A DNA stretch of 64,000 nucleotides from Marsupella aquatica (lineage: Eukaryota > Plantae > Marchantiophyta): the NCBI GenBank assembly GCA_973895155.1, contig OZ316895.1, positions 1,971,659 through 2,035,658 on the forward strand, written 5' to 3'. The notes under the pieces were generated by a model. The model saw only the letters and a program-made list of their open reading frames with translations, was not told the origin of the DNA and did no database searches. Below are positions 26,755 through 40,997 of this stretch, piece by piece (the first letter of the stretch is position 1; every line of letters starts with the position of its first letter). The position numbers and the translations under genes were made by a program.

Positions 26755-29700
26755 TTATGATAGAGGTATATCTCCCTGGGCATCACGTGCCACCTTCACA
26801 AAAACGTCTTCTAATGTGGTATCAGCAATGCCCCAAGCTTGAATCGAGAGTCGCTGCTTGGCATTTTGCATAGCTGTGAAGACTTGGCCGATCTCCACAT
26901 CCTCCTTAGGAATTTCGAACTTTTGAGTACCGGCAAGCCCATACACTTTCTTTGCATTTTGAGACAAAGACTTTACCAAATACTCTACATCTGATTCCTC
27001 TTGAGCCGGTGTCGTGATAGTGATCACATAGATGCCTCCATATCTCGCAGTCAACTGCGCAGTACAGAGTATTCAAATGTAAGACTCTCTTTTGATCGTC
27101 ATGAATAAATGGTTTCATCAATTTTTCTACGTCCCATGACTTCATTCTTCAACTCGACAACAAAAGAATCCTTACTTCCACATCATGGATTCCCTCCCTT
27201 CTATATGTTTTTTTGACTCCGTGTCTAGAAATATGTCATATCTCACAAGATGAAATTCCAAATGCATCGCAAAATGATTCACATTCGCGTGACAAGGTTC
27301 AAGTACTTCACCTCCTTGGAATCACCAATGCATTGTAGCTGACCATCGACAAAAATGCCAAGACGATCACAGAGCGCTTCAGCCTCCTCCATAGAGTGTG
27401 CTGGCGAGGACGAAAAGTAACAACTGTTGTTAGAGCGAGATAAACAGGGCTAAAATAATATCTTGTTTTATAGACAGGTGTGCAACTCCAGTTTGGAATT
27501 CCCTTGCATTGAAGTTGAAAAATGGGCTTAAACCAGCTGGAAGCTTTGACATACTTGTGAGAATGATGGCCCGGTTCTTCTTCGCTTGCTTGACAACATT
27601 CCATAAGTTGTAACGAGAGGCTGGATCTAGCCCTGTGCTGGGTTCATCCATATATACCACCTGAGCAGGATAGAAAAATGACATGAACAATCAGAAACTC
27701 CAACCATCAACTGAAGCCAGAATTGAGTAGGTAGTGAATGTGACCCCGCTTTCAACAGAACTTCATATCATACCTGTGGATTACCAATCAGAGAAATGGC
27801 CACACTCAATCGACGCTTCATACCACCGCTATACTGGCCGGCTGTCTTGTTCCCTACTCCAGCATTGAAGAGGTTTACACTTTTCAGTGATTCGTCCACC
27901 GCCTGCAAATATGAAACAGAGAGCGTTCAGGGACATGATGTGTTAGACACGATACGCGTGATTTCAAACTTGACGGCACTCACTGCAGGCAATGCACTTT
28001 GCACAGAGTTTCACTGTAAGAAGATCCGATAAAAAATCGAAAAGGCTGGAGCTGTTGCAGAGCAAGGAGGGCTTACACTCTCAAGTGCAGCACCCTTCAA
28101 GTTTTTCAACCTCCCATAGAAGAGAAGGTGTTCTCTAGCTGTCAGGTTCTCCCAGATTAAACTGCCAAGTCAAATTCGATATTTAGAATCGCAAATAAAA
28201 TGAGTGAATTTTGAAATGCAAGCCAACAAGGATATCACACTCACTCGTGCTGTGGACACATTCCAACAAGGATATTGAACTCACTCGTGCTGTGGACAAA
28301 CTCCCATGCTTGTGTAGATGTTATCCATATTTGTTCGGATGTCAAGTCCATCAATGTAAGCAGTTCCTGAAGTTGGAGTCAGAAATCCGATCATCTGAAA
28401 AAAATGAGATATATATATCGTTAGATACTTCAAGTTGCAATTGCAAAATTGGCAAAATTGTTATAACCAGGAAACATTACCGTGCACAGGAACAATATCC
28501 AAGAGCAACGTACCATATTGATCGTAGAGGTTTTCCCAGCTCCGTTGGGCCCCAACATCCCAAAGCACTCGTTCTTTCCAACAGCCAAGGAAAGTCCGCG
28601 AACAGCAAACTTATCAGGGTTTCCATCTGTTCCAGGGTACACCTTCTTCAAGTGGTCGCAAACAATTGCGCAAGAATCTACTTTCTGTTCCTCCAGCAAT
28701 CTTTCCACCGCTTCTCTCTGCATGTGCGGTTAGGCCATTAATGAGGAAAGTTAATTCTTAGGTTTTTCCTTGCATCATTTCCTTGAATCCAGTAACTGTT
28801 GATATATAAGTGCTAATTTGAGATGTTTGCGTTGGAGTGAACCCTGGCAGTAGGAAGGAAAACCTCAGCAACCATAAAACCATAACATAGAACCTGCTTA
28901 ATGTTTAATACAAATTTCCATGACCAGGTTCAGCCCAGTGTTCTTCTGGAAAACAGAAAATTGAAGATCATATATACATTAGGACCATCTCAATGTCGGA
29001 CTATCCGGCACGAGTAAAGCTTACCTCCTGCAAAACATCCTGCTTCTCCATCTCGATACTGAATTCTGTACCAGTTTTTGACGGTGATTTTGCTGGCGCT
29101 GCAGCACTGGACCTCCTCTTGAAGCACTTCTTGAAAAGAAAAAGGGGATGTTTCTTTACTCCGCTGCCGGACGAAACAACTTGATCGAGATACCAAGATA
29201 GCAGTAAAAAAATAGCCCACTCAACAATCTGGATGGCCCAGACAGTAGTCATCCCATTGTTTTTGTCTCCCAGGTTGCTAAACTTCATGCCCTTGGTTCC
29301 CTCGTAAGCTCCTGTGAAAGAATAGTCAGCAAAGTCGTAAAGACCGCGAAACAGAGAAAATCCAGGAATCAGCTCCATTGCAAATATCCAGCCTCCTGCA
29401 CACATCCAACATCCCCTGGATTGTGAGCTACGTTCCCAAACTTTTGCCCGTTGGTTTTCCTCAGATGACAAAACTTTAACAACACACCAACACAAAGCAG
29501 ATTTTAGGAAGACAACTTACTGCCAGTGTTTAAGTCCTCCAGAAAGTTTTGAAAGAAAAAGTTCCCAAGAAGTCCAAACCCAATAACATATAGATATCCA
29601 CAAACTGCTCCAACCAGTAGGAGAATGTTAGTTAACTTTCACGTGCATTTCTACTGACAAATACCAAACACACTATACAAAGAACACAGTTCTCGTAAAT

Positions 29701-32700
29701 CTAATATTTTTTAGGCTCTGCCTGGCATAATCCATGACGTATGCCGAGCCATGTGAATCAAAGGACCAAATAAGAGATCATTGTGATAATTCAACTTGCT
29801 GACACAAAACCAACTGTGCGGGAGAAAATCCAAAGCATTGACGAGCTTCGCTACCAATGAACAGGACGAGTAAGAGTATTTCTTCACAGAGGTCAGTGTG
29901 GTCACAAACTGCCAACAATGCAGGGTATTGCCTTCAACGAGTTCGGATCCAAAATAATTGCAAACGCCTCAACTATGTGGGATTAGATCGTGGGGTGACA
30001 GAAAGCAAAGCAAACTTCAGACCTGTTGCTGTCCTCACAGATGAAAAGATTGTTGCTCCCAGGAACCCCAAAGAAATCTGCAAGTTGATGTAGATGAAGT
30101 AAAAAATGAACTGAAGTCCATAAGAATTGAGCCTAAAAAACTTGAGATCTGCAAAAGTCCAAACGCAACCTTTAGACATGAATATGAGATTTGACAACAT
30201 GACTACCTTCAGTTAAACAGAAAATTGGCTGCAACTTCCGTGATACGACACAACTCAAACGTCCGAGGAAGCATCCTATTAACGCAGCATTCGAAAGCTG
30301 CATCCCCGACATGGAGTCTCCTCCTTTTTGAGGATTTTTGGTATGCATGTGACGAACAGAAAGAAAATTAGATGGCTAGATTTCATTAAGGTCATCAACA
30401 GCCCTGGCCTAAGAAAAACAGTGTGTTCCGACCCGCCAGATGAAGAAAGAATTATCTTACTTATGACTGAACCGATAAGAACGTAAAGAAACGTGTAGAT
30501 CAGTGACAGCGCTAAGAAGTAAAAATACGATATAAACCAGTATGCACCATCTCCCAACCCATGCATCTTCATCATCATACGCAGGTTTTGCTGTTTCTCA
30601 TAGACCAAATACGTCAAAATAACCTGCAACACGTATCCTCATAAACGTAAGTACAAAGTGAGAATTCCTACACCCTCAATAATCTACCACAATGACAGAT
30701 CCAAACTACACAGAGGTGAAAATTGGCTTTCGGAAGAATCGGGGTGGTTAACTGAAACCAAGAACAGGGCCTACTTACGGGTAATAGCAGCTGGATGACC
30801 CATGCATAAAATAGTGGTCCGATAATTGAGGAGAAGTCAAGGGTGAGCTTTGACGAAACTTTGGGCATCTCCTTGATAAACCACAGAGGTAACTCTGCCT
30901 GTGACCCAATAATAAAGCGAAGATACGCTTGTGCTGCCTGCAAGTACACATATGTCCAACTTTCTCAGAAGAAAAGCGAATTTCTCACTACAATTACCGA
31001 GTAGTGTGACCTGTCAGTTATCATCTAACCCAATCTTATTCATCCGAATCTTATGGGGGAAATTGCAGTCATAAAAGCACAAGGAAGGCCATTGAGATAT
31101 ACCAGATTCATGGGTCGCGAAACACGGGCATTTCCTGGAGGCGCCTGACTGGTGTCATTTATCATAGTTTGATTCCAATATATGGTCACGTCAAAGTTCT
31201 TCGCATCAGTATTTCCGAAGTCATAGGCTGCAAATATTCAAGAGGCAAGTAAGAAAGCAGGTCTCTAGATCTGAACGAAGAAAAAGAATGAAAAAGATTG
31301 TGTAAATGACAATTCTTTCTAGTGAACAACCCAACTCACCATTCACATATTCATTGATCTTTTGTTGAGGATTCCCTTGTGGATCTCCTTTACGGAACCC
31401 TTTGTAGAGCTCCGAGTCTATTGTAGCCACAGTGTCACGGTGGACCAACTGTGTAGACAAGCATTCAGCGCCTGCAGGATTCAACGTTGGTGTAACGTAA
31501 GTCCATAGTGACCAACAGAACCAGTCTGGCTCCTCTGCATTAACAGGACATTGTAGATAACAAAGCGCTGGCTTATTTTGACATTCCAAAGCCACTGAGG
31601 GGTTATCTAGGAAATCCATACACTAATCGAGGTTCTCATATGATGTGCTTGTGTTAAATGTGAGAGAATGCATGGAGACACTCACGATAGGGTGTCGGGA
31701 AGATTGGAGATGTGAAAGAAGGTTCAACGGAATTTGCGCTGCATGACTGGTTTTGCAACACGTAAAACGGTTCGTTGTCGAGAAAGGCAGGCTCATAGAA
31801 ATTGGAACCACCCAACCATGAAGCTGAACCCTGTGGTCAGCCAAAATCCAGATGAACTTTTAGCTCGAAGTGACAGGAAATCCCCTGCTTGTACTCCGTC
31901 CCCACGTCTGAAGCAGCAATTACAACTAAATGTCCCATCCAAACAACATCAGACAATGCCTCAGACGGCTCACAGTCTCTCCGAAGTCCGAAGGATGGAA
32001 GAAAAAGCAATAAAATAATTTTTTCTTACCGGAATCAGACTTGAGAACTCCACTAAAGGATCTGTTGTGTTCGAAGGAGCCCTAGTGAAAAGAAGGCTCG
32101 ACGCCAAAGCTGTCAGATCAAAAGTCACTGCATACATGAGTGCCACATTCCAAGAACAAACAGGGTCTTGCAGCTGATGACTGTATATAGCTGGATGCAC
32201 AATTTCCTGAACTATCAAGCCCTCATCCCGAACGGAGAGAGACTACTCAACGCATATGAAATGACTGTTTGGCAATTCAACTTTTGGAAGATTTCCTATA
32301 ACGGCGTTTCTCACTACACAAGCGAAACGACCGCTCCGCTACAGGCACTTCAACGCCAAACCGTGTGAAACTATCACAAAACAATTTTCGCTTGTCCCTA
32401 TCTGGTCAGCAAGTTATAAAACAGTGTGCACTAATTTGACCGAATTGGGATTTCCACTGACCTCCTATTACGTGACCTGGACATGGATAGCAGATACGTA
32501 CCAGGTGCAGCAACGCTTGCCCCGGTCCACAGAATTGTGGCAGGATTTGATGAGCCTACACCCGCACCTGCGACGGCTGCTCGATATTGTGGACGGGGAA
32601 CTTGCATAATTGCCGGCCATTCTGGCGGGTGAGGAAGGGCGCAGAAAGCAGCTTGTTGCGAGTCCGAATATTGAAGTCCGCAAACACCATCTTTACAACC

Positions 32701-33137
32701 ACACTTATACTTGGCCCCATTGAAGATCGAATTGATTCCGGTTTGAATAAGCACGAGAATTATAAACATGATAATTGGAAGAGTAACTATGCAACAATTT
32801 GTTTTCCAGCTCCGCTTCTGCCGAACAGAAAAGCCACCGTTAGATCCGAAACAATGACCCACGAAAGAAGAAAGAAAGTAACACTGAAACTTTCACACGT
32901 AATGAGGCACGCCGTCATGATCCACAACACCCACTAGCATGGAAAGCAGCTGGGAGGGAGGGAGCTTAAGCGGGGGACCTGAAACGTGACATTCTTCCGC
33001 ATCAACGCATTCGCCTGAGTGGCAAACGTAGGAACGAGCGAACCCCTATCCACTTGATTTGTTCCTCTGGTGTCTCCATTACCTGTCGGACTTCTACCAT
33101 TCCGACCGTTGGGATCCGGAGAGGGAGAGGACTCCAT
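26755..33137 (-). CDS. ABC transporter subfamily A half-size member (AtABCA7-like), multi-exon
   Basis: [31 protein letters not shown], Walker A GPNGAGKT, signature [26 protein letters not shown]-terminal [16 protein letters not shown] introns. Confidence 0.94.
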
Positions 33138-35029
33138 CTTCAGATTCGGGCCGGCCGGGCCAGGGCAGTGCAACGCAATCCGATCGCCTCACCCCTATTC
33201 AAGCAGTCCGTTTTAGAAATTGTGAATGTCATGGCTGCCACGCTAGATGCTGATGGGCATATAATGCACCATCCGAATTACACGGCAATCCCGTCCATTG
33301 AAGTACTTTCCAATGCCCACGCTCAATTGTCCAAACAGGCTCTCAAAGCACAAATGAAGTACCCATTTGAATACCAGGACTTGATCCAACAAGCGCAAGA
33401 ATTGAGCGGAAAGATCAAACGATTTTACTTACCCAGAATCCAAATCGGCAATTGTCCAGCCACACTTGCTTCAATGCTACCACAGCCTACTGTCTAGCAA
33501 ATGAGCAGATCAATCTGCCTGAATTCGAGCTGACTCTAAGCTGAGTGGGCTTGAGATCTAAGCATGACAAATATTGCGCTCTTACAATGGAGATGAGGAA
33601 GATATTTGTACAGATTTTGTGTACTGACCCAGAGGAATATGTCTCTCTCTCCGTGGGTGACGGAATGAGCGGGCAGATCTCAACCACCCGAGAAAGGGAG
33701 AGTAGGATTGAAGGGATCAATGCGGTCAATAGGTCCACCTGCCCTTTTGTAATCCGCGTGATGTTCGAATCTCCCCATTTTCGCGTTGTCTCCTTTGCGA
33801 TTTTTTTATTGTTATTTTAGCCATGACCCACGGGAACTGGGTGCACACCTTTGGGGAGAAAACCCCTGACCCCATGTGGGCAACTGGAGCACAAGCAATC
33901 TCTGCTCCTAGCCGCTAGGTCCACTAGAAGAAGCAGGGCCGAAACAAGACATGAGGCCTAAAGTCAAGATGATACCGGCACTAAAATTGTTCTAGAAATG
34001 TAATTTAAAAGTCAACACTGCATCAGATGCAGCAAAGAGGTGATCGGAGGAACAACGATATTGCTCGTGTTTGACAAGATGCAAATTGGTAACCCGGGAG
34101 AGAGGCTGGTGTTCAACAAGAGATCACAGGGACCACGAAACTTCGGAAAAGCAGAATGTGATGCTTCTCCCCTGCTTCCAGCAATCGCACGGTAGATCTA
34201 GGAGTTTTCCCTGCAGATGTCGATCGCATTGAAGTCGTGCGCCGGCCAATACCGGCAATACAGTTCAGTAATTCAGTTCGCATTCTCCCAGCTCGTACCG
34301 CTGCCAGCTCTCCAGCAATGCAGATCCGGAGTACTCAAAAGCAACAGCATGATTCCGAAATCTGTAGGTTTATCCAGAAACCGGACGGCAAAAGCTGGAT
34401 GGACTTTCTTGATTCGGGAACTATTCTCTCCATTGTGTGGCGGACCTGACAATGACGTTCATGAGTTTCTTCTTGTTTGTCCTCAGCCTCAGGAGTATGG
34501 ACTTGGCTCTGGAGCTCGTTTGCTTTTACGCCATTGTACTTTGGTGGATCTGTTCAGGACTTCAGGCCAATGGCACTGCTGAATGCTCATTGAGTGGCGG
34601 CGCGGCGTCAGTGGATTTAGAATGGCACTTTGACTGATCTGCCTGTCCCGCATTGGTATAATACAGCCCAGTGCTACAGTCATCGATTCTGAAGCTGCTC
34701 GGAAAGGGGGGGAGCTGAACGGAAACTTGAGATGCAAATTTACTCTGATTCGTCGATGATTCGTTCCTTCCTTTGAGGACACACATCGAGACGAGAGAAG
34801 CGATGACTTGGTATCCTTCACTTTCTTCGACCTTTCTTTCACTAACAAGGCTTTACAAGACCCACTGTAATCACATCAAAAAGCACTGCAAGTAATCACA
34901 CATCAAAATGTGTAAATATACAGAGTGAAAATAACTAGATTTATCATGGTAGGGAGTAATGTACAACATCCTATATGTCATACTTTGATGTGCACTTACA
35001 CAAAACCTTGTAAAAACTTTGTGCAGTTA

Positions 35030-35448
35030 AGGGTGTCAAAGTAGGGTCCTAGTTGGTCCTAATTGAGTTAAGGCCAAGGGCACAAAGGATTTTTGTGGCC
35101 ACGAAAAAAATGTTATATGTCATCTAAATATGCGCCCAATGTGGATGGTACATCCAATTGGATTTTTGTGGCCAAGACAAAAATGCTATAGGTCTGCGCC
35201 CCATATGGATGGTACATCCAAAAACTCACATAAAAACCGTCCTTCCTAAAAATCACTGCTATAAGAAATCAGGGGTGTCAAAGTACGGTCCTAATTGAGT
35301 TATGGCCAAGGCCATAAAGGATTTTTGTGGCCAAAACAAAAACACTGTAGGTTACCTGAACATGCACCCATAAGGATAGGTACATCCAAAAGTCACAGCC
35401 ATAATAAGACAATAATGAGACCTTGGGTATCTTATTATGGCTGTGACT
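35030..35448. repeat. Tandem ~240-bp repeat ending in a perfect 19-bp hairpin
   Basis: GGGTGTCAAAGTA...GGATTTTTGTGGCC at ~35031 and ~35274. Inverted repeat 35391-35409 / 35430-35448. Confidence 0.7.
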
Positions 35449-36160
35449 AGCCCCATGCCTGTGCATTGCACAAAAGATGTTGAGGTGAAGAAAAGATGTC
35501 GAGATGGAAAAAAATGTCAATGAGAGAAAAAGATGTTGAGGTGAGAAAAAGAAATTGAGGTGAGAAAAAGATGTCAGGGTGAGAAACAATAGTGAGGTGA
35601 GGAAAAGATGTTGAGGAGAGAAGAAAATGTCAAGGGTGAGGAAAGATGTTGTGAGGAGATTTAAAGACAATGATAAAGATGTCAAGGTGAGAAAATATGG
35701 TGATATAAGAAAAGATAAGATATCAAGGTGAGACAAAGATTTTGAGGTGAGAAAAAGATGTTGAGATGAAAAACGATGTTGATGAGAGAAAAAGATGTCC
35801 AGGTGAGAAAAAGAAGTCGGGGAGAGAGATGACGGCAAGGTGAGAAATAGATGGAAAGTTGAGGAAAAGATGTTGAGGAAAGAAAAAAATGTCAAGCGTG
35901 AGAAAAAGATGTCACAATGAGATAAAGATGTCAAGGTGAGAAAAGATCTTGAGGAGAGAAAAAGATGTTGAGGTGAGAATATTTGTCAAGTGAGGAAAAA
36001 TGTCATGGTGAGGTAAAGATGTAAATGTGAGAAAAATGGCAAAATGAGAAAAAGACGTCAAGGCAAGGAAAAGATGTTGAGGAGCAATAAATATGTAAAG
36101 ATTAGAAAAATACATGAAAGTGAGATTGAAAAGATGCTAAGGAGACATATAAAAGAGATT
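35447..36160 (-). mobile_element. Helitron-like minisatellite element
   Basis: Minus-strand end TTTTGTGCAATGCACAGGCATGGGGCTAG|T followed by ~35 diverged 17-19-bp units. Confidence 0.7.
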
Positions 36161-36890
36161 TCCCATGTAGTTGTTGAGATATGTTGTGTGCATCCTGGCC
36201 AAATAATTGTTGTGGTTGTGTTCTGTGACTTGTGTTCCACATAAAAATTGGAGACACTAGATATCAACCACCACATCATAGAATCTAATCTAACCAAGTG
36301 ACAGGAAAAGATGTGTTTTTTCAATTTTTCAATATTTAGAGAATTAAGTATTTTCTATGTTTTATTTACATTCCATTTAAAAAAAAATTTCAGAGTTTTA
36401 TCCCCATTTTTCTAAATATAAATACAGTTGATTACTTAACACCAAATTTCTATCTTGGATAGGTGCAGACACGCTAAATTGTGACTTGGGCATGCATTGA
36501 TTTTAAATGGTGTATATGGATGGATATGATGGTGAAAAAAACAATGTTTGGATAAAGGTCTAAGATCGATTCCCATTTTTAATGAGTCTGGAAAAAGAAC
36601 TATTTCATCTTTTTGGTGGGATAGGGTATTATAAGGAGACACTCCTTCCCCCATTTCATCACATCAAAGATACATTAAAAAGTAAAATCAAATTTTAGCT
36701 TTTTGAGAAATGAGAAAGAATAAAAAAACAAAACTGCACAGATTCCTTTCTGCTAATAAATATATTGTTCAAAATTATATACACCCATTTTAGTTGGAAA
36801 GTACTACTAATTATACATCTACTTTCTTCCAATAAAAGAAACTCCTTTAGCGTGCAATGATTGAATGCACTATGAAATATTCATACTATG

Positions 36891-37390
36891 GTAGCTCAAT
36901 ACCCATGCATTGCACAAAAGATGTTCTTGATGCCCAAGATGTATGTCATTATGTGAAAAATGTCATGAAATGAAAAGATGTTGTTAAGAAAAAAGAAGTT
37001 GTGACGCCCAAGATGTCGTTAAGTGAAACATGTCGTGAAGTGAAAGAGTGTTGTTCACAAAAAAAGTCATTTTGCCAAAGATGTCATTACGTGAAAAATG
37101 TTGTCAAGTACAAAAAATGTCATTAAAAAGAAGTTGTTTTGCCAAAGATATCATTATGTGAAAGACATTGTCAAGAAAAAAGATGACATCAAATAAAAAG
37201 ATGTAGCTAAGAAAAAATAAATAGTTGTGTCAAAGAATGATGTGGTTATGTGAAAGATGTACTCAAGTACAACGATGTTGTTAACAAAAAGAAGTTGTTT
37301 AGCCAAAGATATCATCAAGTAAAATGATATTGTGGCACCAAAAAGGTTGTTATGTGAAAGATACTGTGAAGTAAAAAGATATTTTCAAGT
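36891..37390 (-). mobile_element. Helitron-like element, second minisatellite variant (AAAAGATGTTGTTAAGTG)
   Basis: End TTTTGTGCAATGCATGGGTATTGAGCTAC. The same unit type occurs at 17400-17700, 18900-19250 and 61400-61650. Confidence 0.5.
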
Positions 37391-38323
37391 AAAAGTGTGC
37401 CCCTTGCCCGACACCTTGTCATCAATGCTCGTGCCGTGATCTTTACTGTATTTGGGCCTTATGTTTTTGTTTTTTGGCAGTGAATATTGAATATAAAAAA
37501 TCAAAAAATCAAAAAATTGAATATAAAAAATCACCCCAAATATTGGAATAGTTGTTTTTAATTTGATCAATGTATGACTGTAGTCCCCTTATTGACTAAA
37601 GCAGTATCTGCAATTTTAACTCCTCCAAGTATTACATGAAAATTTTCAATATTATTCTATTGAGTATGTACACCCTATTGAGTGTGTAGAGTAGTTCCTT
37701 TGATCACGAAGGGAAGATACTCATTGATCGTGGCATTGTGTGACCATAGTACATTGTTTTTATTTTATTTTTATCTCATTTGATTCTCTCGGTAACAATG
37801 GTGTGACTCTTTTTATTCACACTAAATTAAATTCACTTTTTGGCTTATTCCTTCTCTCTCTAACAGGATTTCTCATTTTTTGTGCCCTGCAAATTTGAAT
37901 GACAGACCACTTCAAAAAATGGCGCAACTCTTTATTATAGAAGTTAATGTGACAAAAAATTATGCTGTTCTTAACTCGTACCGGCTAAGCGTTCACTCAC
38001 AATTATTATCACCTAGGTACGTACCACCTAGGTACCTTATTGTGTTGTTTGCTTTGGTTACACTCATGTCTCAGTGATCAAAGGTGGGAATAAACTATAA
38101 CATAAATCTGATGGTGAGCCAGTATCCCCACCACATCTCATTTTGTAAACAGACGCTTGACAACTTCTGGCGGGATTGAGCTGTGATAATAAGACAATGA
38201 CATGCCCTATTGCTTCTTGTCTTTGCCTTTCAATCACATCCTTAGGGGGGACCATTGCTTCTTCTCATTCACTCGGACATTAAGTATGTATGGTGGCTGT
38301 ACACTACCTGGGGGCCATGGCTT

Positions 38324-38354
<31 letters not shown>

Positions 38355-38617
38355 GATTAAATCTGCATGGTCATTTTTACAGGATTCTCTTAAATTAAAT
38401 ATGTACAGTGACGTTACAAATACACTGGCTTTGTAAGACTGGGGCCATTGCTTTGTCTTATTTGCAATGAGCAGAACTTCTTGGCTATCCAAGAAATGGG
38501 GGCCTCATTCCAATAAAAGACTTAACCAGGCCCCTCCAACATCTTCTGGATTTGATGGACTGCAAAGATGACTCAGGACTTGACCAGACCCTTTGGAGGG
38601 TGCCTCACTCATCATAA

Positions 38618-39478
38618 GAGCATCTCCAGCAGTAGGACCTTCGATCGGTTCCCACAACCCCTATTCTCTCGTATAGCGGTCATTATTTGGCAAGAAATGC
38701 ACCCCACTGGTGCTTCATCCAGTATTTTTTTGCTGCTACTGCAAAATGCATTACCTGCCGACCTCCACTTTTGGCAGAAAGGAAGCCTAGAAGTAGCTCC
38801 CCTTTGCCAGCCTCCATATGGTCAACCATCGAGCGTATACCACATGGCATCATCGGCGATGGATCCAGCTTGTGCATGAAAACTGGCAACTCCTGCGAGG
38901 GAATGCAGCTCTTTTGCAAATCCCCCCAACGAAGCCGGACAAAAAAATCCTGCACATTTTCATGCCTGGGAAATGTGTATCATGCAGTCCTCGTTTCAAA
39001 CAGTGCACTTGTACGTGAAGTTGGGGAGGTCGCCGTGATGGCAGCAAGTCGTGGGAAGAAATATTCAACCGAGGAGCTCAAGCAAGTGTGCTACAACGTC
39101 CTACATGTGTCCCATGACCCGTGTGTTGGTTCTGGGCAGAGAGCCGCCAGGTTTTGGGAAAGGGTCAGAGAGCACTATGAAAAACACAAGCCGCACGGTA
39201 CAGAATCTAGGGCCAGAAAATCAGTGGAAGGAATGTGGAGTGACATCAAACACGATGTTGCAAAGTTCAATGGAGTATTTCAGCAGGTAGAAGACCTGCA
39301 AATTTCTGGGACGAATGATGATTATACGTTGATCAAGGCCAAAGAATTATACAAACAGAATCATCCGAAAGGTAAATCATTCTCTTTCGAGTGCTACTTT
39401 TGGATCTTGAAAGATTGCCCAAGGTGGGGCAATCCGCCAGACAAGATGTTGCCCAAGATCAAATTTGGGATCAAATGA
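38618..39478 (+). mobile_element. PIF/Harbinger remnant with truncated Myb/SANT-like ORF
   Basis: TAA then GAGCATCTCCAGC terminus at 38615-38630. ORF from ATG 39038: RGKKYSTEE...VSHDPCVGSGQ...FWERV...W...VAKFNG...SG...AKELY...F.FE..WILKDCPRW. No transposase or right TIR seen. Confidence 0.85.
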
Positions 39479-40249
39479 TAATTGTGGTATACCAAATGAT
39501 ATACCACATTGGGATAAATGTTCCCTTTCTTGGACAACAAGCATTTGGGATAAATGATTTGGTATAATACAAAAGATACTCAATAAGTGTATTTAAATAC
39601 TGTAAACATACCAAAAAAACATTATCAAGTGAACCTGATCAAATTACTTTGTAATATTTGAATGACTCTTCCATGGACAGCATACAAAAACCATGCACCC
39701 ACCAGATGGACTAATTATAAATCTAGGACCTTTTGAGTAATATGCTCCAGAAATGCTCTAGGCAGAACGTAATCAAGTCAGAGTGCGATGAGAAGATACT
39801 TTGTTGTGGCATTTCAGGGTCTCAAGACTGTCTAATTGGGTGGTTTTTTGTGTGTGGCTTGCCAGGGAGGCTTTTGTCTCCTTGCTTAGCATTGGAGGAA
39901 CCCTGCCTGAATCCTGAATTTGAAGTTAGAGTAAATTAAAACTAAAAAATAGACATATACTTTGAGAAATTGTGATCAAAATGTAGTCTATCCTGTTGCA
40001 GAAATATATGAAAGCATTTTGGCAAACCTACACTGTAGGACCTTCTGGGCTTCATTTCCTATTTCTCAGTCATTATAGTAAGGGGGACTAAAGTATGGTA
40101 ATCAAATTCTAAAGTCCACTTTTGAAAAAATCCCCCAAAGGAAGGACCCTAGATGGGGTAGATTCACTTTCTCATGTCTTTCAAATTGGGAACAAGGCAA
40201 ACTTTTTGCAATTTCTCATTCTGCTCGTCAAGGATTCCTAAGGATACCT

Positions 40250-40530
40250 ATGACCCATAGCGCACAACAATGAGTAGGGTGCATGCTATTGCAAGCATGG
40301 ACAACATCTAAGATGGCAACTTTGGAATCTTGAAAGCCAATTCACAAGAATTACCTCAGAGCCATCTTGCATGTGGGTGGCCCTTATCTTTCCAGCGCAC
40401 AATATTGAGTAGGGTGTGTGCTGTTCAAACCATGGATAACATGTAAGATGACAACTTTGCAGTCTTCAAAGCCAATACACAAGGATCACCTCAGGGCCAT
40501 CTTGCATGTGGGTTGCTCTTATCTTCTTGT
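40250..40530. repeat. ~136-bp diverged tandem duplication
   Basis: AGCGCACAA...GAGTAGGGTG...GCCATCTTGCATGTGGG occurs twice. Confidence 0.75.
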
Positions 40531-40997
40531 CCACAACTTCACAGATGGCAGTGGAATATTGACTAGGATTTTTGTGGAGAAACTCTTCATCAGGCAGGGC
40601 TTATGGCATAAAAAGTGGAGAACCAAGGGCTGGAGACTTCCTCGAAGTCCCCTATTTTGAAATCACAATAAAACAGAAAATTGGGGCATGCAATGACAAA
40701 AAATCAAAATCTAGGGAAACAAAAAGGGCTACTTACAGTACCAGGGATACTCTTGAGGATCTAGAATTAGAAGGCCTAGTGGTGATTGAACATTCTCCCT
40801 CTACAACCCATCGTGACTATAAGGTGTGCTTACCAATAGTCTTTAAACCACAATTGCCACTATAAGGGGCTACAGCTTACCCCTAGCTCTCATTGTAAAG
40901 TGCAGATGTTCAAGAATAGGTTTTGAACTTCACAAAAGATGATGAGTGCAAAACCTTTTATTGGCAAGGGCTCCACAAAAGGTGCTGAGTATTACTC

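Noticed and set aside
34587-34610. TCATTGAGTG resembles the miR397 5' end
   Set aside because: The match ends after 10 nt and no complementary hairpin arm was seen.
33200-34860. Several 60-150-aa ORFs upstream of ABCA
   Set aside because: No recognisable family or consistent exon structure. A decayed gene cannot be excluded without a search.
35278-35934. 218-aa F/S/L/H-rich ORF (similar ones at 17869-18265 and 62466-62978)
   Set aside because: Translations of the minisatellite, not genes.
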